Below are positions 36,823 to 47,007 of a stretch of DNA of 64,000 nt, in pieces. The stretch is from Spirochaetia bacterium (GTDB lineage Bacteria > Spirochaetota > Spirochaetia > CAKZLE01), in contig OY782041.1 in the NCBI GenBank assembly GCA_963677595.1, positions 3,232,001-3,296,000 on the forward strand. Reading direction: 5' to 3'. Every line of letters begins with the position of its first letter. Within the stretch, counting starts at the first letter, position 1. The notes below the pieces were generated by a model. That model was not told the origin of the DNA. It did not search any database and worked only from the letters and a program-made list of their open reading frames with translations. Made by a program: the position numbers and the translations under genes.

Positions 36823-37724
36823 ATGCAGCTAAATTGTTCAAGGGAATCTACCCCGCCATCGTCTCACCGATAGGGAGGGACGGGGAAGTCCTCGAGACGG
36901 AGCTCAGGGAGCTGGTACAGTACTTTTGCAGTACTGATATAACAGGATTGTATGTCTGTGGTGGTACTGGGGAGGGGATCCTTCTCTCAGTGGCACGCAG
37001 GAAAAGGATCACCGAGATCATCGTGGATGAGGCTGGGAAGCATAGGAAAGATACCCCTCTTCAGATCATCGTACATGTCGGGGCAGCAGAAGCTGAGAAC
37101 ACACAGGAGTTGGCGGAACATGCATCTCAGACAGGTGCTGATGCGCTCTCGGCTATTCCACCGATCTATTATTCCTACAGTACATCCAAGATATGTGAGT
37201 ATTATCGCTGGCTGGCAGGTACGACTGATCTGCCCCTTATCGTCTACGCATCAGCGCAGTCAGGATTCCATGTCACAACAGATATCCTGCGGGAACTTGC
37301 CGCAATACCCAGTATAAAAGGGATCAAGTTCACGGGATACAATTTTTACGAGATGCTCAAGTTCTCCGAAGCGACTCCCGATGATTTCTCCATTCTCAAT
37401 GGGGGTGATGAAGTCATGATTTTCGGCCTGCTGGCCGGGGCAGATGGTGGGATCGGGGCAACTTATAACGTGATGCCTGAACGGTTCTGCAGGCTGTATG
37501 CGTATTGGCTGAACGGTGATATCCAAGCGGCAAGGGCAGAACAACGAACGATCAATACCGTGATCGACCATATCGTGTCGTATCCGGTCATTGGTGCGGT
37601 GAAGTTCATGCTCAAATTGAAGGGTTTCCCTGTCGGTGGGCCAGTGTTCCCGAATGATGATCTCTCGGATGCCCAGAAAGCAGCTTTTATACTGAGCCTG
37701 AAACAGACTGTCTGGATGAGGTAG
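36819..37724 (+). CDS. DHDPS / N-acetylneuraminate lyase-family aldolase
   Basis: LYVCGGTGE, PPIYY, GIKFT (Schiff-base Lys), GGIGATYN. Confidence 0.85.
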   Translation: MNAAKLFKGIYPAIVSPIGRDGEVLETELRELVQYFCSTDITGLYVCGGTGEGILLSVARRKRITEIIVDEAGKHRKDTPLQIIVHVGAAEAENTQELAEHASQTGADALSAIPPIYYSYSTSKICEYYRWLAGTTDLPLIVYASAQSGFHVTTDILRELAAIPSIKGIKFTGYNFYEMLKFSEATPDDFSILNGGDEVMIFGLLAGADGGIGATYNVMPERFCRLYAYWLNGDIQAARAEQRTINTVIDHIVSYPVIGAVKFMLKLKGFPVGGPVFPNDDLSDAQKAAFILSLKQTVWMR

Positions 37725-37728
37725 CCCA

Positions 37729-39447
37729 ATGATCGATACACAAGGGACTGCCGGGAATGGGGTGGTCACGGTCCTGATTCATGAACAGGATGAGAGTTCC
37801 CAACAGGTCCTGGATGAGGCAGTATTCAGTGCGCTGCAGCACTTCGGAATTCCCTATACTACCGAGTTCGTCGATACCCAGTGGAGTGACAGCGTAAAGG
37901 CTGAAGAAGTCCTTGATTCAGCCGCACTGCTTTTCCCTCAGTCCGGTACGATGGAGCTCTTTTCCTCAACCTACCAGCAGAGGATAGAACAGGCTGTCTC
38001 GGCAGGTCTCGGGATTATAGCCTATGAACCAAAGGGAACACATATTCCTGCCTGGTTGAGAAAGCTTATGGGGTTGTGCGTGCTGGAGGGATCTGGAACC
38101 TGCAGCCAGCTTGTGACAGCTGGTACCGGCTGCTATATCACAAGGCGGCGTACGGCAGGCGAAACTCAGTGTTCCGATACGGTATGTACGTATGCCAGGA
38201 TCCGGAAGGAATCCGGCGATATACCGGTCCTCCAGAATGAGCATCAGGATGGTATGCTCTTTACCGGGTACCATGGCGAGGGGACCCTGGTACTCTTCCC
38301 GTTCTCCATTGAGTTCTATACCATGCCCTATCTCGGCCATGCCTGCGGGGCGGATGACATATTCAGGTCCGCTATTATCTATGCCGCCAGGAAACCCTTT
38401 CTCACCTGGAGCATGCCGGAGACTGCAGGGATGGTCATCGATGACTGTTCAGGATCCTACAACCACTTTGGGTATGTTGACAGTTTGAACCGATATGGGT
38501 GGGCACCGTACCTTGCGTTGTTTACCGACACGATCGATGAAGTCGCCCATGCTGATATCCATAAGGGTGCCCGTACGTTGAAACGGCACCATGAGGAGAA
38601 GACCGCTGAGATAGGATTCCATGCATTACGGTATAACACGTCATTCTGCTTCGACCATCTTGAGCGGAGACCGCTGACTGACCAGGAGCTCCGGGACCGC
38701 TTTGCCAGATGGGATTACTATGAGAAGCAATGGGGAATTACCCACAGCCCTTGGGCCCACCCGCATTTTGGGGAGATTGGCGCGAACGCGCTGCCGTTCT
38801 ATCGGGAGCGTGGGATTGAGTACCTCACATATCTCCTTCCCTTTGATGCCGCATGGTTCGATGTCCCGGGACGGTACGCTCCGCTGCCCCCCATGGCTCC
38901 CTTCGGCCATCCCGGCTACTACTTCATTGAACTGCAGGAATCTCCGGGTATGATAGGCTGCAACTGCGTTCTTGATAGGAAGTGCAGGGATACTACAGAC
39001 TATGTAGTGCAGACCGATTTTCTTTGGGGGCATACTCCCTTCTGGGAAGAGTCTGGTTCTGTCAATATCGGGATGGCATCAAAAACATTGGCCGCTCAGG
39101 TGAGACGGGGGATAGATTCTGGTTTCTATGGTGAAGGGGCAACGCACGAACAGCGTATTGCCTGTTTGCGTGACGGGGAGCTGCGGGAGATCCTGGAGGA
39201 GACGAAGAACCTCCTTTCCTCATATACTATCAGGTTTGCCTCTATGAGCAGCATGCTGAAGGATATGCACAAGCATATGAACGGGGCTCTTTCCTCAGTT
39301 GAGGTCAACAGGGCTGCTGGTACCGTCGAATACCTGTTTGACAGTGATCAGATTGCAGGAACAGAAATCCAGCTCCATATGGATGGAGGAGTTGAGCAAC
39401 GGTACTCGACAGATGGCAAGAAGGGGATTCTCTATTATATGCATTAG
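37729..39447 (+). CDS. Hypothetical protein; possible GATase-like + polysaccharide-deacetylase-like domains
   Basis: 572-aa ORF tightly packed in the operon; 'MVIDD', 'EIGFHA', 'HPHF' recall a NodB-type barrel (weak). Confidence 0.55.
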   Translation: MIDTQGTAGNGVVTVLIHEQDESSQQVLDEAVFSALQHFGIPYTTEFVDTQWSDSVKAEEVLDSAALLFPQSGTMELFSSTYQQRIEQAVSAGLGIIAYEPKGTHIPAWLRKLMGLCVLEGSGTCSQLVTAGTGCYITRRRTAGETQCSDTVCTYARIRKESGDIPVLQNEHQDGMLFTGYHGEGTLVLFPFSIEFYTMPYLGHACGADDIFRSAIIYAARKPFLTWSMPETAGMVIDDCSGSYNHFGYVDSLNRYGWAPYLALFTDTIDEVAHADIHKGARTLKRHHEEKTAEIGFHALRYNTSFCFDHLERRPLTDQELRDRFARWDYYEKQWGITHSPWAHPHFGEIGANALPFYRERGIEYLTYLLPFDAAWFDVPGRYAPLPPMAPFGHPGYYFIELQESPGMIGCNCVLDRKCRDTTDYVVQTDFLWGHTPFWEESGSVNIGMASKTLAAQVRRGIDSGFYGEGATHEQRIACLRDGELREILEETKNLLSSYTIRFASMSSMLKDMHKHMNGALSSVEVNRAAGTVEYLFDSDQIAGTEIQLHMDGGVEQRYSTDGKKGILYYMH

Positions 39448-39496
39448 AACTGTTTTTATGTATACTGGTCGAAATGTGCCAAGGAGATGAGCGTAT

Positions 39497-40534
39497 ATGG
39501 CTGGAAACACATCCTCAACTGTTGTTCCCATCAAAGAGATGACGGTGATCGAAGAGATCAAGCAGGTGTTCCATGAGACGACAGGCCTGGCACTTTCTTT
39601 CCATTACCCTGAAGAGAATGATTATGACTTTTATCCGGCAGGAGATCGGAACTCCTATTGTGAACTCATCCAATCCACCCCTGAAGGGTTGAAACGATGC
39701 CTGCAGAGTGATTGCGAAGCACTGAAAAAAGCACAAGCTGAAAATGAGTACTGCATCTATACATGCCATGCAGGCTTGATGAATGCCGTCATCCCCCTTA
39801 TATACAAATCTCACTATATCGGCTCGATATTCACCGGGCAGGTATTCACGACCCGGTTGGATGAACCAGGCTGTTCGGATATCTGCAGGGATTTGTGTGA
39901 ACTCGGGTTGGATGAGGCTGTCATACGCAAGGAGATGCATGAGGTCCAGATCGTTGAGGAGTGCGCCTTCCATGTAGGGATCAGGCTGCTGAACTTCATG
40001 GCGAACCATATTATCTCCGTTGAGGATGAACTGTATCTTCAGAAGGAACTCCATCAGAAGGAGCGGGAGATCCTGAAACATGAGAACATTCAGATGAACC
40101 TCAAGAACGATCTTCAGAAACTCAGTATCCTCATCCTAAAGGATGAAGTCGATTATAAGTCAAATATCCAGGATGCGGATTCTCAGAGCGAACAGCAGCA
40201 GGCGATCATAAAGAGAGCCCATGAATTCATAGAAGAGAACTTCAGCAAACCCTTAGCCTTGTCTGACGTCGCAGAGGCTGTCTACCTCTCCCCGAACTAT
40301 TTCAGTACGCTCTTCAAGGAGATAACCGGTGATACCTTCAGCACATTCCTCAATACAGTAAGGATACAGGAAGGGAAGAAGCTGCTTAGGGAGACGTCAT
40401 TGCCGATCAAGCAGATTGTGGAGCAGGTCGGCTTCGAGGATTATAACTATTTCAACAGGGTTTTCAAGAAGATCATTGGGATCCCTCCCGCTACCTATCG
40501 TGACGTCTTTGGTACGGACTCTTCTCGGAAGTGA
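39497..40534 (+). CDS. PocR-sensor AraC-family transcriptional regulator
   Basis: YCELIQSTPEG...C...D...YTCHAGL (PocR); LSPNYFS...FK, VGFEDYNYFNRVFKK (AraC HTH). Confidence 0.9.
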   Translation: MAGNTSSTVVPIKEMTVIEEIKQVFHETTGLALSFHYPEENDYDFYPAGDRNSYCELIQSTPEGLKRCLQSDCEALKKAQAENEYCIYTCHAGLMNAVIPLIYKSHYIGSIFTGQVFTTRLDEPGCSDICRDLCELGLDEAVIRKEMHEVQIVEECAFHVGIRLLNFMANHIISVEDELYLQKELHQKEREILKHENIQMNLKNDLQKLSILILKDEVDYKSNIQDADSQSEQQQAIIKRAHEFIEENFSKPLALSDVAEAVYLSPNYFSTLFKEITGDTFSTFLNTVRIQEGKKLLRETSLPIKQIVEQVGFEDYNYFNRVFKKIIGIPPATYRDVFGTDSSRK

Positions 40535-40555
40535 ACGTCACCATAGTACCCATCG

Positions 40556-40591
40556 TATATATTTATAGATAAAGCTGAGAATATTGTAGAG
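40556..40591 (+). promoter_or_regulatory. Candidate AraC-type operator, second copy
   Basis: TATATATTTATAG (40556) and GAGAATATTGTAG (40577), 21 bp apart. Confidence 0.45.
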
Positions 40592-40641
40592 CCTTTCAGA
40601 TCTGACTGCATTACTGTTTAGTAGATGTAAGGAGGAAGACT

Positions 40642-41727
40642 ATGCCTGTCAGATATGGAATAGTAGGGTTCGGCGGTATCGCTGAGAATCGAATAGCCCG
40701 GGAGGGGTTTGGCCTTGATACGGCCCGATTCAGCGGTACAACTGATGCACGGCTCATTGCTGCATGCGATTTGGTTGCCTCGCGGAGACAGTCTGCGTTG
40801 GATCTTGGGCTCAAGTGGGAAGATTCTTATGAGAAGCTTCTGGAGTATGAAGACATAGATGCAGTGATCATTGCCACGAACAACAGGTCACATGCCCCGT
40901 TGGCACGAAAGGCTTTGCTTGCTGGGAAACATGTATTTCTGGAAAAACCTGCAGGAATATCGCTGGAAGAGGTCCAGGAACTGATAGAACTCGCTGAAAA
41001 GAGAGGACTCAGTATCGGGGTCGACCACATGATGACAAAGAATCAATACAACATAGCTGCCCGGGACTTGATCCGGCAGGATGGTATCGGGGAAGTCCAG
41101 ACGATTGTACTCCATATGGAATTCCCATATGGGTTTACTCCTGAAGAGGCTGCCACCTGGAGATGTTCCGTACCTGAGGAGTTAGGCGGCCCCATCGGTG
41201 ATGTAGGGAGCCATTGTCTTTACATGGCCGAGTTCCTGCTTGATGACGAGATAGAGTCAGTGCAGTGTGTGGTGACCCCTAAGCATCGCAGAACAGCAGT
41301 GGAAGATGGTGCCGTGATCCATGCCCTGACCAAAAAGGGCACCCCCTGTACCATGAGAGTCGCTTTTGACCAGATGCGTGGTCCCGTAGAAGAGCTGATC
41401 GGGAACCTCGGGTATGAGGTATACGGAACGAAGGGGATGATCAGCACCAGAGGGACCATGTTCCAGTTGTCGGGCCATGATGATGAGCCTGCACCCATCC
41501 AGTTGTGGACTATCTGTCATGGGGAGGAGAGGACAGCCTGTCATGTGGGTTCGATACCGAACATCTATCAAGAACAGATCAAGGAACATGCCCAGTCCAT
41601 TCTCACCGGGAAGCGTTTGGATGGCCGGGAGGCTCTCCATAATCTGGAGCTGATCCTGCTGGCTTATGCTTCAGCGGAACATGGCGGGAATACGAAGAGT
41701 ATCAGCTATCATGGAGGGAATGCATGA
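40642..41727 (+). CDS. Gfo/Idh/MocA-family oxidoreductase
   Basis: [28 protein letters not shown]. Confidence 0.9.
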   Translation: MPVRYGIVGFGGIAENRIAREGFGLDTARFSGTTDARLIAACDLVASRRQSALDLGLKWEDSYEKLLEYEDIDAVIIATNNRSHAPLARKALLAGKHVFLEKPAGISLEEVQELIELAEKRGLSIGVDHMMTKNQYNIAARDLIRQDGIGEVQTIVLHMEFPYGFTPEEAATWRCSVPEELGGPIGDVGSHCLYMAEFLLDDEIESVQCVVTPKHRRTAVEDGAVIHALTKKGTPCTMRVAFDQMRGPVEELIGNLGYEVYGTKGMISTRGTMFQLSGHDDEPAPIQLWTICHGEERTACHVGSIPNIYQEQIKEHAQSILTGKRLDGREALHNLELILLAYASAEHGGNTKSISYHGGNA

Positions 41728-42656
41728 GTCGAGGACAGAGTACGATCACAGAGGGGTGGTGGGACTATACCACGCTGGACAGGGACCTGCTGAAAGCTGC
41801 TGCAAGGCTGACAGTGGAGGATATCAGCAGTATGTCGAGGCCGGGGTTCGAGATATCGATGTACCCTACACGGGAAGAGTTCTTTGTAGCTGAAGCTCTG
41901 GAGTATATCAATTGCTGGAAACTGTCGACAACACAGGCTCCGGTCGGGGTGTGCGGCCCGATTGGGCCGACTGAACAGCTGCCCCTGGTCGCCCGGCTGG
42001 TAAATGATCTTGAGATCGATCTGAAGGACTCTCACTTCTGGGGGATGGATGAATGGGTTGTTGACGGCAAGACGGTAGACAAGGATGACCCGCTGTCATT
42101 CGCAAAAGCAGATATGGATCTCTGCTTCAATCGCATAAAACCAGAGTTGCGGATGCCAAAAGAACATATGCATTTCCCATCCGTTGAGAACCTTGCAGCA
42201 TATACCCGATCCTTCAGTGATATCAGATGTGCTCTCGTCCAAGGAGGACAGGGGGAAGTGAAACACTGGGCCTTCAATGACCCGGTACGGAGAGCAGGTT
42301 CCTACGCAGATGCACCTCCCTCACAGGAAGAGTTTCTCAGGCTCTCCGCCCGTGTTGTGGACTTACATCCGCTTACGAAAATCCAGAATGCCCGGACATC
42401 CAGCGGCGGGATCGTCTCAGATATCCCGAACCAGGCTGTAACTGTCGGACCATATGAGACCTGGAAGGCAGAAACTGTATCGATCTGGCATCCTGGGTGG
42501 CATGACAACCCTTTTGGTATGCGGCTGACGACACTGATGATTTCCGAGAAGATCGTTGACACTTCGGTCCCCATGTCGCTGCTTGCCCTGCATCCAAATG
42601 TGCGTTTCAGTTTTATTAGAAGCGGGATTGGTTCCTGTTCGGTGGAGATGCATTGA
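41724..42656 (+). CDS. Divergent glucosamine-6-phosphate isomerase/deaminase (NagB-like) protein
   Basis: PIGPT, FWGMDEW, GGQG-x-x-x-HWAFNDP, VPMSLL-x-LHP. Confidence 0.8.
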   Translation: MSRGQSTITEGWWDYTTLDRDLLKAAARLTVEDISSMSRPGFEISMYPTREEFFVAEALEYINCWKLSTTQAPVGVCGPIGPTEQLPLVARLVNDLEIDLKDSHFWGMDEWVVDGKTVDKDDPLSFAKADMDLCFNRIKPELRMPKEHMHFPSVENLAAYTRSFSDIRCALVQGGQGEVKHWAFNDPVRRAGSYADAPPSQEEFLRLSARVVDLHPLTKIQNARTSSGGIVSDIPNQAVTVGPYETWKAETVSIWHPGWHDNPFGMRLTTLMISEKIVDTSVPMSLLALHPNVRFSFIRSGIGSCSVEMH

Positions 42657-43453
42657 TGAATACCAGTAAAAACCATACCAACCCTTCGATGACTGTCCTG
42701 GCATTGGGCTGCCATCCAGATGATATTGAGTTCATGATGGGGGGGACCCTGCTTCTGCTGCGCGATGCAGGCGTGAGCCTCCATTACTGCAATCTCGCAG
42801 ACGGGTCACTGGGATCAGGGACACTGTCAAAGAATGACCTGGTGAAGACCAGGGCACTGGAGGCCAAGCAGGCTGCGACCCTGTTAGATGCCGTATACCA
42901 TAAGAGCATGGGAGAGGATCTGGGTATTTTCTATGAACCAGTGATCATTCGGAAAGTCGCTTCTCTGATACGTACGGTCGATCCTGATATCCTGCTGCTG
43001 CCGGCGATCGATGATTACATGGAGGATCATATGAATACGGCAAGGATAGGGATCACAGCGGCTTTCAGCAGGAGCATGCCGTTGTATGAGACACTGCCGC
43101 CGAGACCTCCAACTACCAAGCCCGTTGCTGTCTATCATGCTATGCCGTATGGGCTGAAGAATGGCCAGAATATTATGATGTATCCAGAGTTTTTCATAAA
43201 CGTAACCAGTGTGATCGAGGAAAAGTCCCAGTTGTTATCCTGCCACAAAAGCCAGAAAGATTGGCTGGATGCTTCACAGCAGGTTGGTTCATACGTGAAG
43301 AATATGCGTACAATGGGAAGGGATGTGGGGACACTTTCTAAACAGTTTCTCTATGCAGAGGGGTGGCGGCGCCATAATCCGCTGGGATACTCTGCGGAGA
43401 ATTATAACCCTTTGGTTGAGTTGCTCCATACCAGCTTTGGAGAGTGGCCATGA
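42653..43453 (+). CDS. PIG-L/LmbE-family N-deacetylase
   Basis: CHPDDIE, R-x-x-EA-x-x-AA, DH, CHKSQ. Confidence 0.9.
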   Translation: MMNTSKNHTNPSMTVLALGCHPDDIEFMMGGTLLLLRDAGVSLHYCNLADGSLGSGTLSKNDLVKTRALEAKQAATLLDAVYHKSMGEDLGIFYEPVIIRKVASLIRTVDPDILLLPAIDDYMEDHMNTARIGITAAFSRSMPLYETLPPRPPTTKPVAVYHAMPYGLKNGQNIMMYPEFFINVTSVIEEKSQLLSCHKSQKDWLDASQQVGSYVKNMRTMGRDVGTLSKQFLYAEGWRRHNPLGYSAENYNPLVELLHTSFGEWP

Positions 43454-44661
43454 AACCATCAACACGAGTAGAGGCAATGCAGTTCTCACCCATACGGAAG
43501 TTCAACGGTCTTGTGGAAGAGGTGAAGAAGAAAGGGATAGAGGTAATCCATCTCAACATCGGCCAACCTGATCTGCAAACCCCCGAACCATTCTTCTCGG
43601 GGTATCCGATTACTCCGTCTGAACCGGTACGTTACGGCCCTTCACTCGGGTTGGATTCATACCGCAAGGCTCTGAAGAGGTTTTACGATCGGAGAGGACT
43701 TGACTTGGATCTTGAGCATATTGTTGTTACAACAGCAGCGAGTGAGGCAATATTCTTTGTACTTATGAGTATTTGCGATCCGGGTGATGAGATCCTGATC
43801 CCCGAACCTTTCTATACAAACTATCGGTCGTTCTGTGACATGGCAGGCATTACCATCATTCCTGTCCCCACTTCCTGGGAACTGAAATTCAACCTGCCGC
43901 CAATAGAAGAGATAGAAAGTCTCATCACAACGAGGACACGGGGATTCCTGATGTGTACCCCGAACAACCCGACAGGGGCAGTGTATAACCGGGAGGTGGT
44001 CAAGAAACTGCTTGAGATGGGGAAGAACCATGATCTCTGGATCATCAATGACGAGGTGTATCGTGATTTTGTCTATACCGGGGATGCTTTCAGCATGATG
44101 GAGCTTCCCGGGGCTGCAAGCCATGGGATAGTCATTGACAGCCTATCCAAGCGATACAGTGCCTGCGGTGCCAGACTGGGTTCCATCATAACCAAGGATC
44201 GCCATCTGATAAGCAGCATCAGCAAACTGGCACAGGCTCGACTCTCCTCTCCAACCTTGGAGCAGCGGGCGGCTGCTGAGTTAGTTGACAGGGCTGATGT
44301 GGCGATCGAGAAGATGAAGAAGCTCTACGAAGAACGGGTCAGTACTATATGCAGGGAGCTTGATCAGATTCCTGACATTGAATATATCAGACCCAGCGGA
44401 GCCTTCTATGTGATGGTCAGGCTGCCGGTAGATGATTGTGAACGGTTTACGGCATTCCTACTGACAGAGATAGCCATCGATAAGAAGACGCTTCTTGTCT
44501 CCCCTGCAGCCGGGTTCTATATCCAGCCAGGAAGGGGAATGCAGGAAGTGAGGATAGCTGCAGTCCTTGATACCGATACGCTCATTCAGGCATGCAGGAT
44601 CTTAAGAACAGGTTTGGCTCGATACTGTGATGAGTGTATGAATGTTGAGATAAGCATGTGA
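43450..44661 (+). CDS. Class I/II PLP-dependent aminotransferase (aspartate aminotransferase-like)
   Basis: HLNIGQPD, PNNPTG, DEVY, DSLSKRYSACGARLG. Confidence 0.9.
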   Translation: MKPSTRVEAMQFSPIRKFNGLVEEVKKKGIEVIHLNIGQPDLQTPEPFFSGYPITPSEPVRYGPSLGLDSYRKALKRFYDRRGLDLDLEHIVVTTAASEAIFFVLMSICDPGDEILIPEPFYTNYRSFCDMAGITIIPVPTSWELKFNLPPIEEIESLITTRTRGFLMCTPNNPTGAVYNREVVKKLLEMGKNHDLWIINDEVYRDFVYTGDAFSMMELPGAASHGIVIDSLSKRYSACGARLGSIITKDRHLISSISKLAQARLSSPTLEQRAAAELVDRADVAIEKMKKLYEERVSTICRELDQIPDIEYIRPSGAFYVMVRLPVDDCERFTAFLLTEIAIDKKTLLVSPAAGFYIQPGRGMQEVRIAAVLDTDTLIQACRILRTGLARYCDECMNVEISM

Positions 44662-44697
44662 CATGATGAGGCTTAGCCAATCTCACTGAGAAGACTA

Positions 44698-44723
44698 CCT
44701 GCTGCATATATCTGTGCAGCAGG
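44698..44723. terminator. Hairpin between convergent genes
   Basis: CCTGCTGCA-tatatctg-TGCAGCAGG. Confidence 0.6.
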
Positions 44724-44730
44724 CTGCCTC

Positions 44731-46143
44731 CTACCTGCTCCTCCCGCTCTCCTGGTACCGTCTCAGTATATGAGCCAGTTCCTCCACGATCCCCGGCTCC
44801 TGATCCCAGAGGTTCCTCGTCTCCCTGCTGTCATCAATGATGTGGTAGAGCTGCCCTGTTGAGGCCCCTGACTTCGGTGTGTACCGGACAGGCTCACTGA
44901 ACCCGCCTGAACCGGTCCCGAAGACTGCCTTCCATGGACCTCTCCGAACCGAGAACATCCCGTCGAGGGAGTGGTGGATGATCGCCTCATGGATCGGTGA
45001 GGATGGGGTTTCCCCGTTCAGTACCGGCAGGAAGCTCCTGCTGTCCTCCCCACACTCCTCAGGCATCTCCCATGCGATGATATCAGCAATGGTGGCGAAG
45101 ATATCCGCGAGACAGAGCGGCTCATCGCTGACTGATCCGCCAGAGATGGAGCCTGTCCATTGGGCCATGCAGGGCTCGCGATGCCCACCATCGTAGATAT
45201 CGCCTTTCTCCCCGCGCAGGTGCCCGTTCGACCAGTGGCCGTAGTCCTTCCCGTCATAGTCCAACAGCCGTGCCCCGTTGTCGGAGGAGAAGATGATGAG
45301 CGTGTCCTCCTCGATACCCTGAGTCTGTACAGCTTCCCTGATCCTCCCGACCATATGGTCGACCATGAGTACCATGTCTCCGCGATTCCCGGCTTTAGAT
45401 TTGCCTTTCAGGAAATCAGGCGGGACGCAGGGGCGGTGAGGGGAGGAGGGCGCAAGATAGAGGAGGAACGGTTCGCCCGAACTGCCCTGCCTCTGTATGA
45501 ACTCTTCAGCTCTCCTGATGAAGGTGAGGTCTACCTCCGTCTCCTCGAAGTTCTCTGCCTGCATACCCTCTCGCTGCTGGGGGTAGTAGTGTTCTTTGAC
45601 GGCAGTTGGGACCACCTGCGGAGCCCTGCCCTCAAGGAAGCAGTAGGGCGGCATGTCGAGGGAGCCGGCAATGCCGAAGAACTCATCGAACCCCAGGTCA
45701 CAGGGGCCCCCATCGAACCCTCGCTCATAATCGACGGCAGTCCCGTCGATCTCCCACCCGTCGCTGTCACTCTCACGGAGGGGGTTCCCCTCTGTGTCAT
45801 ACCAGTCAAGCCCCAGGTGCCACTTCCCAATGGCGGACGTACGGTAGCCTCGGCGTCTTACTAAGGAGGCGATCGTCTCCCGACCCTCCTCGATCAAGGG
45901 GGATCCGAACCCCCCGAGGACGAAATGCTTCAGCCGTGTCCTCCAGCAGTAGCGCCCGGTCAGCACGCTGTAGCGGCTCGGGGTGCAGACAGCGGAGGAG
46001 GAGTGCATGTCAGTGAAGCGCATGCCCTCTTCCGCCATGGCATCGAGGTTCGGTGTGGTGAAGTTCTCTGCCCCCTGGCAGCTCATATCCCCATAGCCCA
46101 TATCATCGGCGAGGATGATCACGATATTCGGTCTTCTGTTCAT
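44731..46143 (-). CDS. Arylsulfatase (Cys-type formylglycine sulfatase), no signal peptide
   Basis: PNIVIILADDMGYGD, CTPSR-x-x-x-LTG, GKWHLG, SDNG. Confidence 0.92.
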   Translation of the reverse strand: MNRRPNIVIILADDMGYGDMSCQGAENFTTPNLDAMAEEGMRFTDMHSSSAVCTPSRYSVLTGRYCWRTRLKHFVLGGFGSPLIEEGRETIASLVRRRGYRTSAIGKWHLGLDWYDTEGNPLRESDSDGWEIDGTAVDYERGFDGGPCDLGFDEFFGIAGSLDMPPYCFLEGRAPQVVPTAVKEHYYPQQREGMQAENFEETEVDLTFIRRAEEFIQRQGSSGEPFLLYLAPSSPHRPCVPPDFLKGKSKAGNRGDMVLMVDHMVGRIREAVQTQGIEEDTLIIFSSDNGARLLDYDGKDYGHWSNGHLRGEKGDIYDGGHREPCMAQWTGSISGGSVSDEPLCLADIFATIADIIAWEMPEECGEDSRSFLPVLNGETPSSPIHEAIIHHSLDGMFSVRRGPWKAVFGTGSGGFSEPVRYTPKSGASTGQLYHIIDDSRETRNLWDQEPGIVEELAHILRRYQESGRSR

Positions 46144-46349
46144 GGCAGGTTCCTTTAATCAAGTCATTCATACATCAAACCAGTACATACTCAGCCTGTT
46201 TTATGGATCTGTCAAGAAGAAATCCCTGGTAATCTGCTTCGGTCAGGACAAACGCATGAAACAAAACTAATTGATTAACAGCAAAGAACTAACCATCGGA
46301 AAAACTGAAGAAAATGAGAAATTTTCTGGTAATTCTGATGGTTTTCTTG

Positions 46350-46376
46350 TATAATGTATTACATAGTATGTAATAC
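46350..46376 (+). promoter_or_regulatory. IS-internal -10 box followed by a perfect palindrome
   Basis: TATAAT (46350-46355), then GTATTACATA-G-TATGTAATAC (46356-46376), then GGAGG RBS. Confidence 0.65.
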
Positions 46377-46388
46377 TTCGGAGGTTGT

Positions 46389-47006
46389 ATGCCCTATCCA
46401 CCGTGGGTCATGAAACATAAACAGAAAGGCATGTATGTCAACAAGGTCAATGATTCAACCTATCGTATCTATCGCGGTCATTCAGAACGGGTGAAAGGCA
46501 CCAAGAAAGTCAAACGTATCGTTGATGAATACATCGGTACCATCACCGAGAAAGATGGTCTGATCCCCACAAAACCCAAGATCAAGGGCGAGGTGCGTAC
46601 CCTTCGTAGTGGAGGATATGCGATCCTCTGGCGATTCTGTCGAGCCAACCTGCAGCGCATACCTCAGCTCATGGGAGATGATGCGGGTGCTGCCGTACTT
46701 GCTTCTGCGATACTTCAGGTGATCTATGGGGAGGCTTCTTCTTTTCTGTATAGCTGTGATTGGGTGAGTATGGCCTATCCTGATGTCACCTTCCCCCTGA
46801 CACCTCTGCTGGAGGCAGAAGCGAGGCGAGTGGCAACGGCCTTGCGATCCACACTCACGGCGGTTTTCGGGGAACAGGCTTCACTGGTGATGCATGCTGC
46901 TGCCTTCATCACCAGGGTCTGGGTAAATGGGCAATGGGTCAATGCCGTCGTGCCGCAAGCATGTAGGGAGCTGGCAAAGACCTATGATTTTCGTTGGGAG
47001 GTGTAA
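46389..47006 (+). CDS. IS accessory ORF with a basic N-terminal domain
   Basis: GGAGG RBS; 'YP-x-WV-x-KHK-x-KG...Y-x-x-Y...S-x-R...YIGTITEKDGLIP' recalls the N-terminus of IS1634/IS4-like transposases; no DDE domain. Confidence 0.75.
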   Translation: MPYPPWVMKHKQKGMYVNKVNDSTYRIYRGHSERVKGTKKVKRIVDEYIGTITEKDGLIPTKPKIKGEVRTLRSGGYAILWRFCRANLQRIPQLMGDDAGAAVLASAILQVIYGEASSFLYSCDWVSMAYPDVTFPLTPLLEAEARRVATALRSTLTAVFGEQASLVMHAAAFITRVWVNGQWVNAVVPQACRELAKTYDFRWEV

Positions 47007-47007
47007 C

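Noticed and set aside
46927-47007. Programmed frameshift fusing IS ORF1 to the transposase
   Set aside because: The frames overlap, but no slippery heptamer is visible and the transposase has its own GGAGG and ATG at 47008.
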